DNA from: an uncultured bacterium
Lineage (GTDB): Bacteria; Verrucomicrobiota; Verrucomicrobiia; Limisphaerales; UBA8199
Assembly (NCBI GenBank): GCA_963749495.1
Contig: CAVVMW010000012.1
Coordinates: 540,518-604,517, forward strand
Reading direction: 5' to 3'
Length of the DNA stretch: 64,000 nt
This document shows positions 31,638-41,345 of the stretch, piece after piece; position 1 is the stretch's first letter; the number at the start of each line of letters is the position of its first letter. The position numbers were made by a program, and so were the translations under genes. Under the pieces are notes generated by a model. That model did not search any database. It was given only the letters and a program-made list of their open reading frames with translations, and was not told the DNA's origin.

Positions 31638-32360
31638 ATGAGGAGCCCGGATGCGAATCGAATCGGGGGCGGTTACGAATTGGAGTCGGAACTGGCCCGC
31701 CTGTCGCTTCACGCCACGGACCGTGATCCCAACCGCAAGCTCGCCTGGGTGAATTCAGTCTGCATCCTCTTCCTCCTTGTGGGCATGGGAGGGTCCAAGC
31801 CGGATCCGGTCACGATCCGGCCCCTGCCCCCGCTGGAGGAGGTTAGCGCGGCCATTGTCGAGCCCCTCAAGCCGCCGCCGACACCGCAGGCCCAGCCCCA
31901 GCCGCAGGAACAGGAGCAGAGCAATCCGGACACGCCCGACACACCGCAGGTCGTGGTTGTGACCCCGCCATCGCCCAGCATCAGTTTCGCCGTGCCGACT
32001 ATCGGCAATCTTGTCGTCCCGGCCGCCATGGCCAAAGCGCCTCCTCTGGCGCCGCTCAAGCCGGTTGCCCCGCTGCGCAGCCAGCCCGTTGTGCTGAACA
32101 CCACGGGCAGTGGCGGGGAGCGCCCGCAGCCGCCTTATCCCAAAATCGCCCTGGAGCAGGGCCAGCAGGGTTCGGTCACGCTCCGGATGCGGGTCGATGA
32201 CGCCGGCCTGATCCAGGCAATCGAAATCGCGCAAACATCGGGATTTCCCGCCCTGGACCACAGCGCCCTGGAATTCGTGAAACGGCATTGGACCGTCCCG
32301 TCAGGAAAGGGCACTCGCGTTTGCGAAGCAACGATCAATTACAGACTGCAAATAGATTAG
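31638..32360 (+). CDS. tonB: Energy transducer TonB
   Basis: TM anchor, Pro-rich linker, PPYPKIALEQGQQGSV...SGFPALD C-terminal domain. Confidence 0.88.
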   Translation: MRSPDANRIGGGYELESELARLSLHATDRDPNRKLAWVNSVCILFLLVGMGGSKPDPVTIRPLPPLEEVSAAIVEPLKPPPTPQAQPQPQEQEQSNPDTPDTPQVVVVTPPSPSISFAVPTIGNLVVPAAMAKAPPLAPLKPVAPLRSQPVVLNTTGSGGERPQPPYPKIALEQGQQGSVTLRMRVDDAGLIQAIEIAQTSGFPALDHSALEFVKRHWTVPSGKGTRVCEATINYRLQID

Positions 32361-32374
32361 GTTAAGATTCGATT

Positions 32375-33007
32375 ATGGTCGCCAACATTGTCTTTCAATT
32401 CTTTCTCAAGGGCGGGCCGGTGATGTGGCCGATTCTCGTGTCTGCGCTGGCGGGGGTGGCGGTGGTGGGCGAACGCGCCTTCTGGTGGTGGCGTGAAAGC
32501 CGAAAGCGGGATGTCCGGCGCCGTGAGCAGTTGCTGGCCGCATTGGAACACTCGGATGTCGAGGAAGGCCAACGGCTCGCGCAAGGCTCCGAAGACCCGG
32601 TCATCCGCATGATACGCCACAGCCTCAAGCACGAGCACACTTCGATTCCCGTGGCGCTCCAGATGGCGGCCGGGATCGAGTTGGAGCGGGCCGGCCGTTT
32701 CCTCAACGTGATGGACACGCTGGTGACGCTCGCCCCGCTGCTCGGGCTGCTCGGCACCGTCACCGGGCTCATGCGCGCCTTTCTCAAGGTCGGCAACGCC
32801 GAACTGTCCGTCATGGCGGTCACGGGCGGCATCGGGGAGGCGCTCATCGCCACGGCGTGCGGCCTGCTCATCGCCATCATTTCGCTGGTCCCGCTCAACT
32901 TCTTCTCGGGGAAACTGGCGCGGCTGCAATTCGAGCTCGAGACCGCCGCCAGCAACGTCGAGGTGTTGGTCAACGCCGGGAAATTGAACCGGGAGGAGGT
33001 TGAATGA
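32375..33007 (+). CDS. exbB: MotA/TolQ/ExbB proton channel protein
   Basis: GGPVMWPI, APLLGLLGTVTG, GIGEALIATA. Confidence 0.92.
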   Translation: MVANIVFQFFLKGGPVMWPILVSALAGVAVVGERAFWWWRESRKRDVRRREQLLAALEHSDVEEGQRLAQGSEDPVIRMIRHSLKHEHTSIPVALQMAAGIELERAGRFLNVMDTLVTLAPLLGLLGTVTGLMRAFLKVGNAELSVMAVTGGIGEALIATACGLLIAIISLVPLNFFSGKLARLQFELETAASNVEVLVNAGKLNREEVE

Positions 33008-33429
33008 ACCTGAGTTCGCCCGTTCGGAGAAAGCATTGCAGGATCGAGATCATTCCGCTGATCGACATCATGTTCTTTCTGCTGGCCTCCTTCATGATGG
33101 TCAGCCTGAGCCTGGATCGCACCCAAAACATCAAGGTGAATCTCCCGCCCGCCACCCGGGCCGGGCACGATTTCACGCCGGACATGCTGAACGTGGCCGT
33201 GGACAGGGCCGGCAAGGTTTGGTTCCAGAAGAAGGAGGTTTCGTTGCCGGAGCTGGGCCTGGTGATCAGCAACCGGTTCCGCGCTGACACCAATACGCCG
33301 GTCTATATCAGCGGCGACCGCGGCACGCTCCATGGCGCCATGGCCGATGTGTATGAGGTTGTCCGCGCGGCCGGCGTTCAGAAGGTGGCCTTCGCCGTCG
33401 ATGGCAACGAAGCCCAGGCCGCCAGATGA
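33004..33429 (+). CDS. exbD: Biopolymer transport protein ExbD
   Basis: IEIIPLIDIMFFLLASFMM TM motif. Confidence 0.92.
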   Translation: MNLSSPVRRKHCRIEIIPLIDIMFFLLASFMMVSLSLDRTQNIKVNLPPATRAGHDFTPDMLNVAVDRAGKVWFQKKEVSLPELGLVISNRFRADTNTPVYISGDRGTLHGAMADVYEVVRAAGVQKVAFAVDGNEAQAAR

Positions 33430-33845
33430 AACTCCGTTCTCCCCTTCGGCGCCGGCGGACCCGGCTGGAGATCATTCCGCTGATCGACATCATGTTTTTC
33501 CTCCTGGCCTCCTTCATGATGGTCAGCCTCCAGATGCAGAAGGTGCGCACCCTCAAAGCCAGCCTGCCCACCGCCACGCTCGCGGCCTCCACCGCCAGGC
33601 CGGACATGGTCACACTGACCGTGGATCGCAACGGACAAGTCGCGCTCGACAGCAACCCCGTTTCCTTTCCCGAGCTGCTGACGCTGCTGACCAACCGTTA
33701 CAGCCTCAACACCAACCTGCCCGTCTATATCACCGGCACGCGCGACGCCACGCACGGCTCCGTGATGTACGTCCTGGACTTCGTCAAGCGCGCCGGCATC
33801 CAGCGCGTTGCCATCGCTGTGAAGGCGCTCCCAGGCCGCTCCTGA
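33426..33845 (+). CDS. exbD: Biopolymer transport protein ExbD (second copy)
   Basis: LEIIPLIDIMFFLLASFMM TM motif. Confidence 0.92.
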   Translation: MKLRSPLRRRRTRLEIIPLIDIMFFLLASFMMVSLQMQKVRTLKASLPTATLAASTARPDMVTLTVDRNGQVALDSNPVSFPELLTLLTNRYSLNTNLPVYITGTRDATHGSVMYVLDFVKRAGIQRVAIAVKALPGRS

Positions 33846-33852
33846 CCCCGCT

Positions 33853-34386
33853 ATGAAAAACTTCCAGGAAAACCTGTTCGTCGTCCTGGCCCTCGGCCTG
33901 TGCGGCTTGTGTGTTTATCAATGGCAGGGCCAGACTGTGCAGCGCACCGAACTCCAAAGGCTCGAGCGGGTGGTTTATGACAAATCCGCAGCCATCCAGG
34001 GCTACACCAACTCGATTCGATCCATGGACGCGCAGATTGCCCGGATGGACGCGCGCATCACAGAACTCAAAGCCACGGCCAAGACCAACGCCGACCTCGC
34101 CATCAGCCAACAGCGCGAGCTCAACCGCCTGCAACTCACCGCCGAGGCCCTGACCAACCAGGTGGCGGAATACAAGACGGCAGTCGCCACGCTGCAAGGA
34201 AAGTTGAGGGAGGCCTACGACGGCATTCAAAAGCAAAACGACGCCATGAAAGAGCTCGTGGCCCAGCGGGACGAATTCGTCAAGAAGTTCAATGACAGCG
34301 TGATGGACCGCAACCAGGTCGTGAGCAAGTATAACGACCTGGTTCGCCAGGCCGAAAAGAACCAGCCGGCAAGCTCCAAGCAATGA
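33853..34386 (+). CDS. Membrane-anchored coiled-coil protein
   Basis: N-terminal TM followed by a long heptad-like region; 7 nt after exbD. Confidence 0.75.
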   Translation: MKNFQENLFVVLALGLCGLCVYQWQGQTVQRTELQRLERVVYDKSAAIQGYTNSIRSMDAQIARMDARITELKATAKTNADLAISQQRELNRLQLTAEALTNQVAEYKTAVATLQGKLREAYDGIQKQNDAMKELVAQRDEFVKKFNDSVMDRNQVVSKYNDLVRQAEKNQPASSKQ

Positions 34387-34532
34387 CATACTACCCGGTC
34401 GTCAGCTTGCCCTAAAGCGTGTGGCGACCAACCAAGCTCCCTCTCCCCATCCGATGGGGAGAGGGCCGGGGTGAGGGGCCGTCCCTGTGCAGTGCATCGC
34501 ACGGACCCCTGAGTAACCGCCGGTCACTGAAC

Positions 34533-36500
34533 CTATCGCAGCAGGCGCACCGCGTTCAGGATCACCGCCATGGCGCCGCCCTCGTGGAGAATCGCTCCGC
34601 CGATGGGGTTTATCCAGCCCAGGCCGGCGGCGGCCACCGACAGAATGTTGAGCCCCACGCTAAACGCGATGTTTTGCCCAATTACGCCCAACGTGCGGCG
34701 CGAGAGCGCAATCAGCTCGGGCATCCGGGTCAGGTCGTCGCTCAGAAACGCGATGTCCGAGGTCTCCAGTGCCACGTCAGTGCCGGCTGCGCCCATCGCC
34801 ACGCCGATGTCCGCAGCCGCCAATGCCGGGGCGTCATTGATCCCATCCCCGACAAAAGTGACGTGGTTGCCCTGCCCTTGCCACTCGCGCACCAACCGCA
34901 TCTTGTCTTCGGGCAGCAACCCGGCATGGACCTCCTCAATCCCCGCTTCGGATGCTATCCCCGCGGCCGCCCGTGGATTGTCCCCGGTGAGCATGACCAG
35001 CCGGATGTTCTGCTGCTTGAGCCGCGAAACGGCTTGCCGGGCTTCCGGGCGAAGGACATCCCGCACTGCTATCAGGCCGGCGACGCGGTCGTCCGTGGCT
35101 ATCGCCAGAATCGTATGGCCTTGGGCTTCCCATTCGTTGGCCTGCCGCTCCCCGGGGCAAGACGGCGTCATGGAAACGGAGAGTGTGCGCAGCCACTCCG
35201 GACGGCCTACTCGCACCCGTTTTCCGTCGACTTGCGCCTCGACACCACAGCCGGCAAACGAGCAAAAGGATGTGGGTTCACTCAAGGGGATGGCCTCGTT
35301 CTCGGCCGCCTGCCTTATGGCCCTGCCCAGAGGGTGTTCACTGAAGCGTTCGGCGCTGGCAGCCAGGCGCAACAAATCCGACCGGTTCACCGAATCGAGC
35401 AGGGCGATCCCCGTCACCGCCGGTTTGCCAATCGTTAATGTCCCTGTCTTGTCGAGGGCCACGATATGGGTCCGTCCCACAGTCTCGGCAAACACCCCGC
35501 CCTTGACCAGGATGAGCCTCTTCGCCGCATGGCCGATGCTCGCGATGATGGCCATGGGAGTGGCCAACACCAGGGCACAGGGACAAAAGACGATGAGAAC
35601 CGTGATGCCGCGCACTGCCCTGCCCGTGAGCGTCCAAACCACTGCTGTCAGAACCAGCGCCGCCGGCACGTACCACTTCGCCACTTTGTCCGCCATCCGT
35701 TGCACCGGCGCCTGCGAGGCCTGGGCCTCCTCCACCAACCGGCGGATGCGCCCCAGCGTGGTGGCCTCGCCCACTTTTTGCGCCTCGATCTCCAGCATCC
35801 CGGATTGGTTGATGCTGCCGGCGAATACCTTCTCGCCCGGGTTCTTGTCCAGCGGAATGGATTCGCCGGTGATGGGGCTTTCGTCCACCGCCGATGCGCC
35901 CCCCACGACGATGCCGTCCACGGCCAACCGCTCTCCGGGGCGCACGATGACGCGGTCACCGGCGCGCAGTTCGCTCACGGGCACCTCGATCTCCGTTTGA
36001 CCTCGCCGCACCAGCGCCGTCTCCGGGATGCCGGCGAGCAGCGAGGCCACCGAGCGCTGCGCCCGGGCTATGGTGATTTGCTCGAGAACCCCGCCACCCA
36101 GGAGCATCACGGCCACCACCGCTCCCGCATGGAATTCACCGACTGAAACTGAGGCCGCTATCGCCAACCCCACCAGGACCTCAACGCTGATGCGCCGCTG
36201 GCACAAGCTTGCCAGGCAGCCTCGGAGAATGGGAAATCCGGCAACCATCGCCGCGGCCAGAAACAGCCACCGGCTGCCGGCCCTCCCAAGCCCGGCCATC
36301 GCCCATCCTGCCGCCAGCAAGCCGAGGCCCGCCGCCGACGCGACCGCCTCCGTGGAAAGGAGAACCTCGCGATACGCCCTCCATGAGCCCCGATGACCGC
36401 AATTACAGGCACAGCGATTAGGCGGCCGGCTCGAGGCTGGGTCCGGCGCTCGCGATGAAGTCCCCGGCATGGCGACGGGCGAGGGTGCTGTCGGTGACAT
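34533..36500 (-). CDS. Heavy-metal translocating P1B-type ATPase
   Basis: TGES, CPCAL, DKTGT, SEHPLG, GDGINDAPAL, HEGG in the last TM; N-terminal CACNCGH. Confidence 0.93.
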   Translation of the reverse strand: MSPTAPSPVAMPGTSSRAPDPASSRPPNRCACNCGHRGSWRAYREVLLSTEAVASAAGLGLLAAGWAMAGLGRAGSRWLFLAAAMVAGFPILRGCLASLCQRRISVEVLVGLAIAASVSVGEFHAGAVVAVMLLGGGVLEQITIARAQRSVASLLAGIPETALVRRGQTEIEVPVSELRAGDRVIVRPGERLAVDGIVVGGASAVDESPITGESIPLDKNPGEKVFAGSINQSGMLEIEAQKVGEATTLGRIRRLVEEAQASQAPVQRMADKVAKWYVPAALVLTAVVWTLTGRAVRGITVLIVFCPCALVLATPMAIIASIGHAAKRLILVKGGVFAETVGRTHIVALDKTGTLTIGKPAVTGIALLDSVNRSDLLRLAASAERFSEHPLGRAIRQAAENEAIPLSEPTSFCSFAGCGVEAQVDGKRVRVGRPEWLRTLSVSMTPSCPGERQANEWEAQGHTILAIATDDRVAGLIAVRDVLRPEARQAVSRLKQQNIRLVMLTGDNPRAAAGIASEAGIEEVHAGLLPEDKMRLVREWQGQGNHVTFVGDGINDAPALAAADIGVAMGAAGTDVALETSDIAFLSDDLTRMPELIALSRRTLGVIGQNIAFSVGLNILSVAAAGLGWINPIGGAILHEGGAMAVILNAVRLLR

Positions 36501-36525
36501 AACAGGGCAGGTCGGCCCAGGCGGG

Positions 36526-36804
36526 CTATTTCAAGTAGCTCCTGACCACGTCAATGACCTCCTGCGCCGCTTCCGCCTGCGCCGCGGTCGGTTTGTCGTC
36601 GGGGTTCACCACGTGGAACCGGATATGCCCCTCGAGGATCTCCGCCATGAGGGCGTTGATGGCCCCGCGGCAGGCGACAGTCAGGTGCAGGGTTTTGGAG
36701 CAATCCGCTTCGGCTTCGAGCATCCTTTCCAGGGCGTCAAGTTGCCCGCGGATGCGCCGAACGCGCAGCAGGAGTCTTTGCTTGTCTCTGATGGTATGAG
36801 CCAT
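36526..36804 (-). CDS. rcnR: CsoR/RcnR family metal-sensing repressor (RcnR-type)
   Basis: His3, Cys35, His60 and His64 at the positions of the E. coli RcnR fingerprint; RRIRGQ motif. Confidence 0.85.
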   Translation of the reverse strand: MAHTIRDKQRLLLRVRRIRGQLDALERMLEAEADCSKTLHLTVACRGAINALMAEILEGHIRFHVVNPDDKPTAAQAEAAQEVIDVVRSYLK

Positions 36805-36847
36805 GGCCTGCCTTTCTCTTTCTCGTATCTGACCGACACAACACCAT

Positions 36848-36877
36848 ATACCATAGGGGGGTATCCTATCTTGTCAA
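36848..36877 (-). promoter_or_regulatory. Sigma70 promoter overlapped by a CsoR/RcnR-type operator
   Basis: Minus-strand TTGACA (36877-36872)-N16-TATGGT; ATAC-N9-GTAT inverted repeat with a G-tract at 36848-36864. Confidence 0.75.
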
Positions 36878-36924
36878 CAGGCCCGTGTCCTTTTCGAGAC
36901 GCCAGGGCGCATCCTGACAGTGCC

Positions 36925-37040
36925 CCCGGAGTGCGCCCGTCCCCGGGCGCAGCAGCGACGGAGCGGGCAGGCGCGCTGGAGTGATTGGCCGCTGCCCTGG
37001 CTCCGGACGTTGCTGCGCCCGGGGACGGGCGCACTCCGGT
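36925..37040. repeat. REP-like inverted repeat
   Basis: ccggagtgcgcccgtccccgggcgcagca ... tgctgcgcccggggacgggcgcactccgg. Confidence 0.75.
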
Positions 37041-37149
37041 CCGGTCCCCGGCGGTGGGGGCGGCGTCGGGATACGCCCGAGACGGCAACGGCGTCCCTCA
37101 TACCAGCTCAGGGCAACGCCCTGCTGCACCGGACTTTGAGTGATTTTCA

Positions 37150-37570
37150 GGACCTTTGTCGCATCCTTTGTTAAAACCTTTGTCGAAATCCGGCTGAGCT
37201 CGACAAAGGCTCCGACAAAGGCTGCGACGAAGATACGCGTGCTTCATAAGGACGAATCGCGCTTTCAGCGCTCGGAACTGCTTTTGGGCGGCGGTTCCCA
37301 GGGCGAGGCCGTGGGCTGGTATGAACCACGCCTTTGGCGTCCAGAGCACGCGCCGCCGGTTCCATTGTGCAGCCGAAGAATTCTGTCCCGCACACCCGTC
37401 GTGCGGGCGTGAGACACAATTCTTCGGATCGGCGGGCCTCTGTTCAAAGACGGACCGAGTCCCGAAGGGACGGCTGAAACCACGGGTGATTTCAGCCGTC
37501 CCTTCGGGACTTATTCCTCCGTGACGGCCAAACCCAACGTTGAAACGTTGGGCTATTGTCGGAAGCCCAT
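37150..37570. repeat. Cluster of short palindromic/REP-like elements
   Basis: ctttgtcg/cgacaaag repeats; agtcccgaagggacggctgaaa...tttcagccgtcccttcgggact; cccaacgttgaaacgttggg; 37251-37352 is paralogous to 52211-52311. Confidence 0.65.
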
Positions 37571-37609
37571 TCGGGGCAAAAAGGTGCCCCGGGCTGACCG
37601 ACAGTTTTC

Positions 37610-37833
37610 ATCGCACCCAGCGTCCTCCGCAGATTCTTTGTTCGGTTTTTGCCCGGGCGGCTGTATAAGTGTGGACGAACTATGACGGATGATGCTGAAC
37701 TGTTGCGCCAATATGTCGAGGCCCGGTCCGAAGGGGCCTTTGCCGAACTGGTCCAGCGGCACCTGCCCATGGTTTATTCCGCCGCCCTTCGCCAGGTGGG
37801 TGGCGATGCTGAACTGGCCAAAAACGTCGCGCA
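37610..37833 (+). repeat. Left copy of a 224-nt direct repeat (attL-like)
   Basis: Aligns ungapped with 52329-52552, with 6 mismatches counted by eye. Confidence 0.92.
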
Positions 37834-37846
37834 AATCGGCGGATGA
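37682..37846 (+). pseudogene. Truncated 5' copy of the ECF sigma factor gene
   Basis: MTDDAELLRQYVEARSEGAFAELVQRHLPMVYSAALRQVGGDAELAK identical to the start of 52401, then a stop. Confidence 0.88.
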
Positions 37847-37967
37847 TGTCCCATGAGCCGTCGGAGGAACGGTTGTCCAGCGCCAGCCACTCCCAATGGC
37901 GCGTGGTTTGCGCGAGCACGCTCTCGATGGACTCGGCGAGAAAAGGCGCGTGGTCCTCGCTGAGCAA
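37834..37967 (-). pseudogene. Glycosyltransferase family 2 N-terminal fragment
   Basis: APFLAESIESVLAQT...WEWLALDNRSSDGSWDII; cut at the direct-repeat junction. Confidence 0.65.
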
Positions 37968-37979
37968 CAGAACTGGAAT

Positions 37980-38573
37980 TGCCGGGGTGGCGGCGTTCGA
38001 GCACCTGGCGCTGGCTGCGTTCGCTCACCTGCACGTAAATCGTGGTCGTCGTGATGGAACTGTGGACCAGCAGGCACTGGTTATGGCGCAGGTCTGCCCC
38101 CTCCTCCAGCAGCAGCGAGGCCACCGTGTGCCGAAGCATGTGGGGAGTGATGCGGCAGCTGCCGGCTTTGCCTGGGTGCCGCCGCAGAATGCCCTGTATT
38201 GATTGGTCCGAGATGCGAGTCCCGCGCCGGTTGACAAACAGCGGCTCAACAGACTCTCCACCTGAGCCCGGCGGGCGGCAATCTGCTGGGCGAGGGCTTC
38301 GCGGGAGGGGGCGCCAACGATCGGGGTTTCGTGTTCCCGATTGCCCTTCACATGCACGGGAATCGTGAGCCGATCCATATCCACATCTCCACTATTCACC
38401 GCGACAACCGTGCCTACCCGCATTCCGGTTGTGAACAGGAGCGCGACAAGCGCCGTGTCGCGTGCTCTGCGGGCGCTTGCCTTTGGGCTCGACGCAGGCT
38501 GGCTACGGGCTGCACGCAGCAGGGATTTTATGCTGGAACGGCCCACCCTGCGCGGCAGACTCACCCTCGACAA
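37980..38573 (-). pseudogene. XerC/D-like tyrosine recombinase catalytic domain, frameshifted near 38250
   Basis: RDTALVALLFTTGMRV and KGNRE in one frame; LFVNRRG, TPHMLRHT, LVHSSITTTTIY in the next; N-terminal domain absent. Confidence 0.85.
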
Positions 38574-38940
38574 CCTGAACGAGGAACCACCTTAATTCGC
38601 GAACCTCCCGAATGGAAAGCTTCTTCCGCGTGATGAGGTGGGTAAGCATCAACTTCACGGAGCCACCGAAGAATCGTCGCAAGAACGACTCGGATGCAGC
38701 ATCCAGGCACTCATCCTCTCCCACGAGCGGGCGATAGAAATACGCTCGCCCCCTCTTCGTGAACGTCAGGGCCCGCTTCTTGACCAACCGCCCCAGAAAC
38801 GTCCTCACGGTTATCGGATGCCAGGTCGAGTTAGGACGGCTGAGCTCGGCTGCCACCTGGCGCGCCGAACAGGGTGCCTGAGACCAAACCACTCCCATCA
38901 CCTCCCACTCGGCTCCAGACATTCGAGGAGTGTTTCTCAC
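38503..38940 (-). CDS. BlaI/MecI/CopY family transcriptional repressor
   Basis: SGAEWEVMGVVW...WHPITVRTFLGRLVKK...YFYRPLV...FFGGS; start set at GTG 38940. Confidence 0.88.
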   Translation of the reverse strand: MRNTPRMSGAEWEVMGVVWSQAPCSARQVAAELSRPNSTWHPITVRTFLGRLVKKRALTFTKRGRAYFYRPLVGEDECLDAASESFLRRFFGGSVKLMLTHLITRKKLSIREVRELRWFLVQVVEGESAAQGGPFQHKIPAACSP

Positions 38941-39056
38941 GGCAACGCGAGAATTGCCACCGCGATCATCAAGCAAACAGTCCTTCCCGCATCTTATGTC
39001 ATCTCCACTTGGGGGCACCACCAAACCTGTGCCGACAATTTCAGGCCTCGGATGTC

Positions 39057-39755
39057 TCATGGATTATTCTCTGGAAGGCATGCGCCCTTTTGCGCCACCG
39101 CCAACTGGCATATTCCTCCCGTGGGCAAATCAAGCACCGACCCGGCCCTCCACACGAACCACGAACGGAAAGCTATGCCGCCTCGGCGGGCTTCTTCCCC
39201 CGACACCATTAGCTCCAGCCCGTGCGACTCCAGGAACGCATGAACTGCACGCTGCACTCCAAAAAGCCCGCAGGCGTTAAGCCCATCAGGTATGTAATCA
39301 TGGCCTCCGAGGAGCCCGCCTGGGCGCACTTTAGGAAACCACATGGCAATATCGGCAGCCACGGCCTCGTAACGATGATTGGCATCCAGGTAGCAGAAAT
39401 CCAGCGATCCATCAGCGAAGAGCGAAACCGCTTCAGCGGAGGTCAACCGGATGATCTTGGAGCGTCCGCCAAAAGAACGCAGCCGGCGAATCGTCTCACG
39501 ATAATAATCTGTCTGGCGCTCTTGGGGCACGTTGGCGATGTCGAGGTACTGGTCAGGCGGAAATCTCACCCACGGATCTACCGAATAGAGCAACCGGCCT
39601 TCCCACTGCCTCAAGATATGTTCTGAGTAAAGGCCATGCTGAACGCCGACCTCTACGCCCTCCCCGAGCAGGCCAAGTTGGTTAAGCACAGACGGAAAGG
39701 AATCGCGGCTGTCCATCAGGACCACTGCCCGAGGTTGTTGGCCTGTGACGTCCAT
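39057..39755 (-). CDS. Class I SAM-dependent methyltransferase (Methyltransf_24-like)
   Basis: VEVGVQHG, SVDPW, YLDANHRYE and PGGLLGGHDY motifs. Confidence 0.85.
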   Translation of the reverse strand: MDVTGQQPRAVVLMDSRDSFPSVLNQLGLLGEGVEVGVQHGLYSEHILRQWEGRLLYSVDPWVRFPPDQYLDIANVPQERQTDYYRETIRRLRSFGGRSKIIRLTSAEAVSLFADGSLDFCYLDANHRYEAVAADIAMWFPKVRPGGLLGGHDYIPDGLNACGLFGVQRAVHAFLESHGLELMVSGEEARRGGIAFRSWFVWRAGSVLDLPTGGICQLAVAQKGACLPENNP

Positions 39756-39781
39756 AATGTTCTCGATTACGCGCAGTGTCT

Positions 39782-40963
39782 TCAGATCTGAGCGGTTTGG
39801 TGAATGATCTCCTGGAATCGCTCGGCGGTCCTGCGCCACGTTCTCTGGGCCAGGTCCTTCCCGGCCCGCAAGCCGAGCTCTGACAGCCGATCCCGGTTCT
39901 GGTAAGCCCATTCGAGCTTGTCGATTGCGTCGTCCAGGTCCGGTTCGGGCCACCGGGCTACAGGGATGCCGTCATTATCATGGATAGTGATTGTGCCGTT
40001 GGTGCCGACGATCAATGCGTTTGAGGAGTTGACGATGTCGGCATGGCCCGTTGTGTTGACGGCGACGACTGGCTTGCCGCAGGCCATGTACTCCATGAGC
40101 ACCAGGTTGGTGCCGCCCTCACAGCGATTCGGGAAAAGCCCAACGTCGGTGTTCCGGTAGATCCTGGCCATGGAGAGGTTCAGTTGCCGCGGCGAGGTAA
40201 TTACCCGTTCGGTGTCAATGCCATTGTTGATGAGAATCTGGTTGATCACGTCCACGAACGATCCTTTCTTAGGAGCGAACCGAATCAGGCGCGATTCGCG
40301 CATCGTATCGATGAGGGCAGGCCATGGGTTGTACCACGCGTTTAGGAGCAGCACATCCTTATGGCGATCCTGCAAGACCTTGTAAGCGCGGATGACCACG
40401 TCCTGACCTTTGCGCAGTTCAAACTTGCCCCCGGAGAAGACCACAAACTTGTCGGTGAAAAACTCGCGCTGCCCATCCCCGCTGGCCGCAGGATAGAAAA
40501 CCCTTGGATCCACCCCCTGGACCACCGTGGCCACGTTCGGCAGCCCGGCTGCGGTCAAAACCTTTGCACACCAAGTCGAGCCGGCTACGACGCGGTCAAA
40601 ATGACGGCGGCCGTTTTCAATCCAAGAGGGCTGGTAGAGATTGCGTTCAAAGAAGGTGTACCCCACGGTCGTTTTGCCACGGACGCGCATGTCTCTAGGC
40701 AGGAGTCTCTCGTCGCCTATGCCTTGGAGGAGCGGGCCGTCAGCAATCCGAACGACGTTGGTCATGGTCCAAGTCGTTGCCTCGCCATCGCGGAGGGCCA
40801 GCCTTCGGAGCTCGTGGAACTCGAGAATGTCCCCGATTGAGCCCATTTCGACAGGCTCGGCGAGGATCCGCACCGGTTCGAGTCGGGCGAGCTCGCGCGT
40901 GATGTGCTTGCCACAGATCCCCCAGCCGTGCATCGAACCCAAGGCCATGTTGACGAAAAGCAT
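39782..40963 (-). CDS. Glycosyltransferase family 4
   Basis: GKFELRKGQD and the EX7E motif EGGTNLVLMEYMACGKPV. Confidence 0.88.
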   Translation of the reverse strand: MLFVNMALGSMHGWGICGKHITRELARLEPVRILAEPVEMGSIGDILEFHELRRLALRDGEATTWTMTNVVRIADGPLLQGIGDERLLPRDMRVRGKTTVGYTFFERNLYQPSWIENGRRHFDRVVAGSTWCAKVLTAAGLPNVATVVQGVDPRVFYPAASGDGQREFFTDKFVVFSGGKFELRKGQDVVIRAYKVLQDRHKDVLLLNAWYNPWPALIDTMRESRLIRFAPKKGSFVDVINQILINNGIDTERVITSPRQLNLSMARIYRNTDVGLFPNRCEGGTNLVLMEYMACGKPVVAVNTTGHADIVNSSNALIVGTNGTITIHDNDGIPVARWPEPDLDDAIDKLEWAYQNRDRLSELGLRAGKDLAQRTWRRTAERFQEIIHQTAQI

Positions 40964-40965
40964 AC

Positions 40966-41259
40966 TCAGTCAGGCCCGAAAACCACAGGCCCGTAAGCGG
41001 AGGCAACCGAAGATCCGCGACCCGGGGTGCAGACGCCCTTGCCCATACCAGAAAGGCCCGGGGCTTGGCAGTGGCCCTGGGCCTGGTCGGGCGCAGCCTG
41101 GGCCCCGTACCTGCTGACGGCGACAACCACCGGCCCGCGCGCATCCGTGGGTACAACCAGGTAAGCATTCGGTGCAGGCCCCCACATCGCGCGACCGATC
41201 ATCATCTCCAGCCCCACTCCACCCACCCGCAGATAAAGAGGCGACAGTCTCAATTTCAT
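40966..41259 (-). CDS. Small protein of unknown function; a Cys-rich reading exists in an overlapping frame
   Basis: Fills the gap between two GT genes; its stop lies 2 nt before the next ATG. Confidence 0.4.
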   Translation of the reverse strand: MKLRLSPLYLRVGGVGLEMMIGRAMWGPAPNAYLVVPTDARGPVVVAVSRYGAQAAPDQAQGHCQAPGLSGMGKGVCTPGRGSSVASAYGPVVFGPD

Positions 41260-41345
41260 AAGCAGCACGTGAGCTAGAGGTCAAGGACCCGCTCGCGCAG
41301 TCTTGTATTTTGATTCCTTGGGTTTCTGGTCCTGTCGTTTCGCGG

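Noticed and set aside
33040..33530. Direct repeat between ~33045-33106 and ~33467-33528
   Set aside because: It is the conserved TM segment of two exbD paralogs, a common arrangement.
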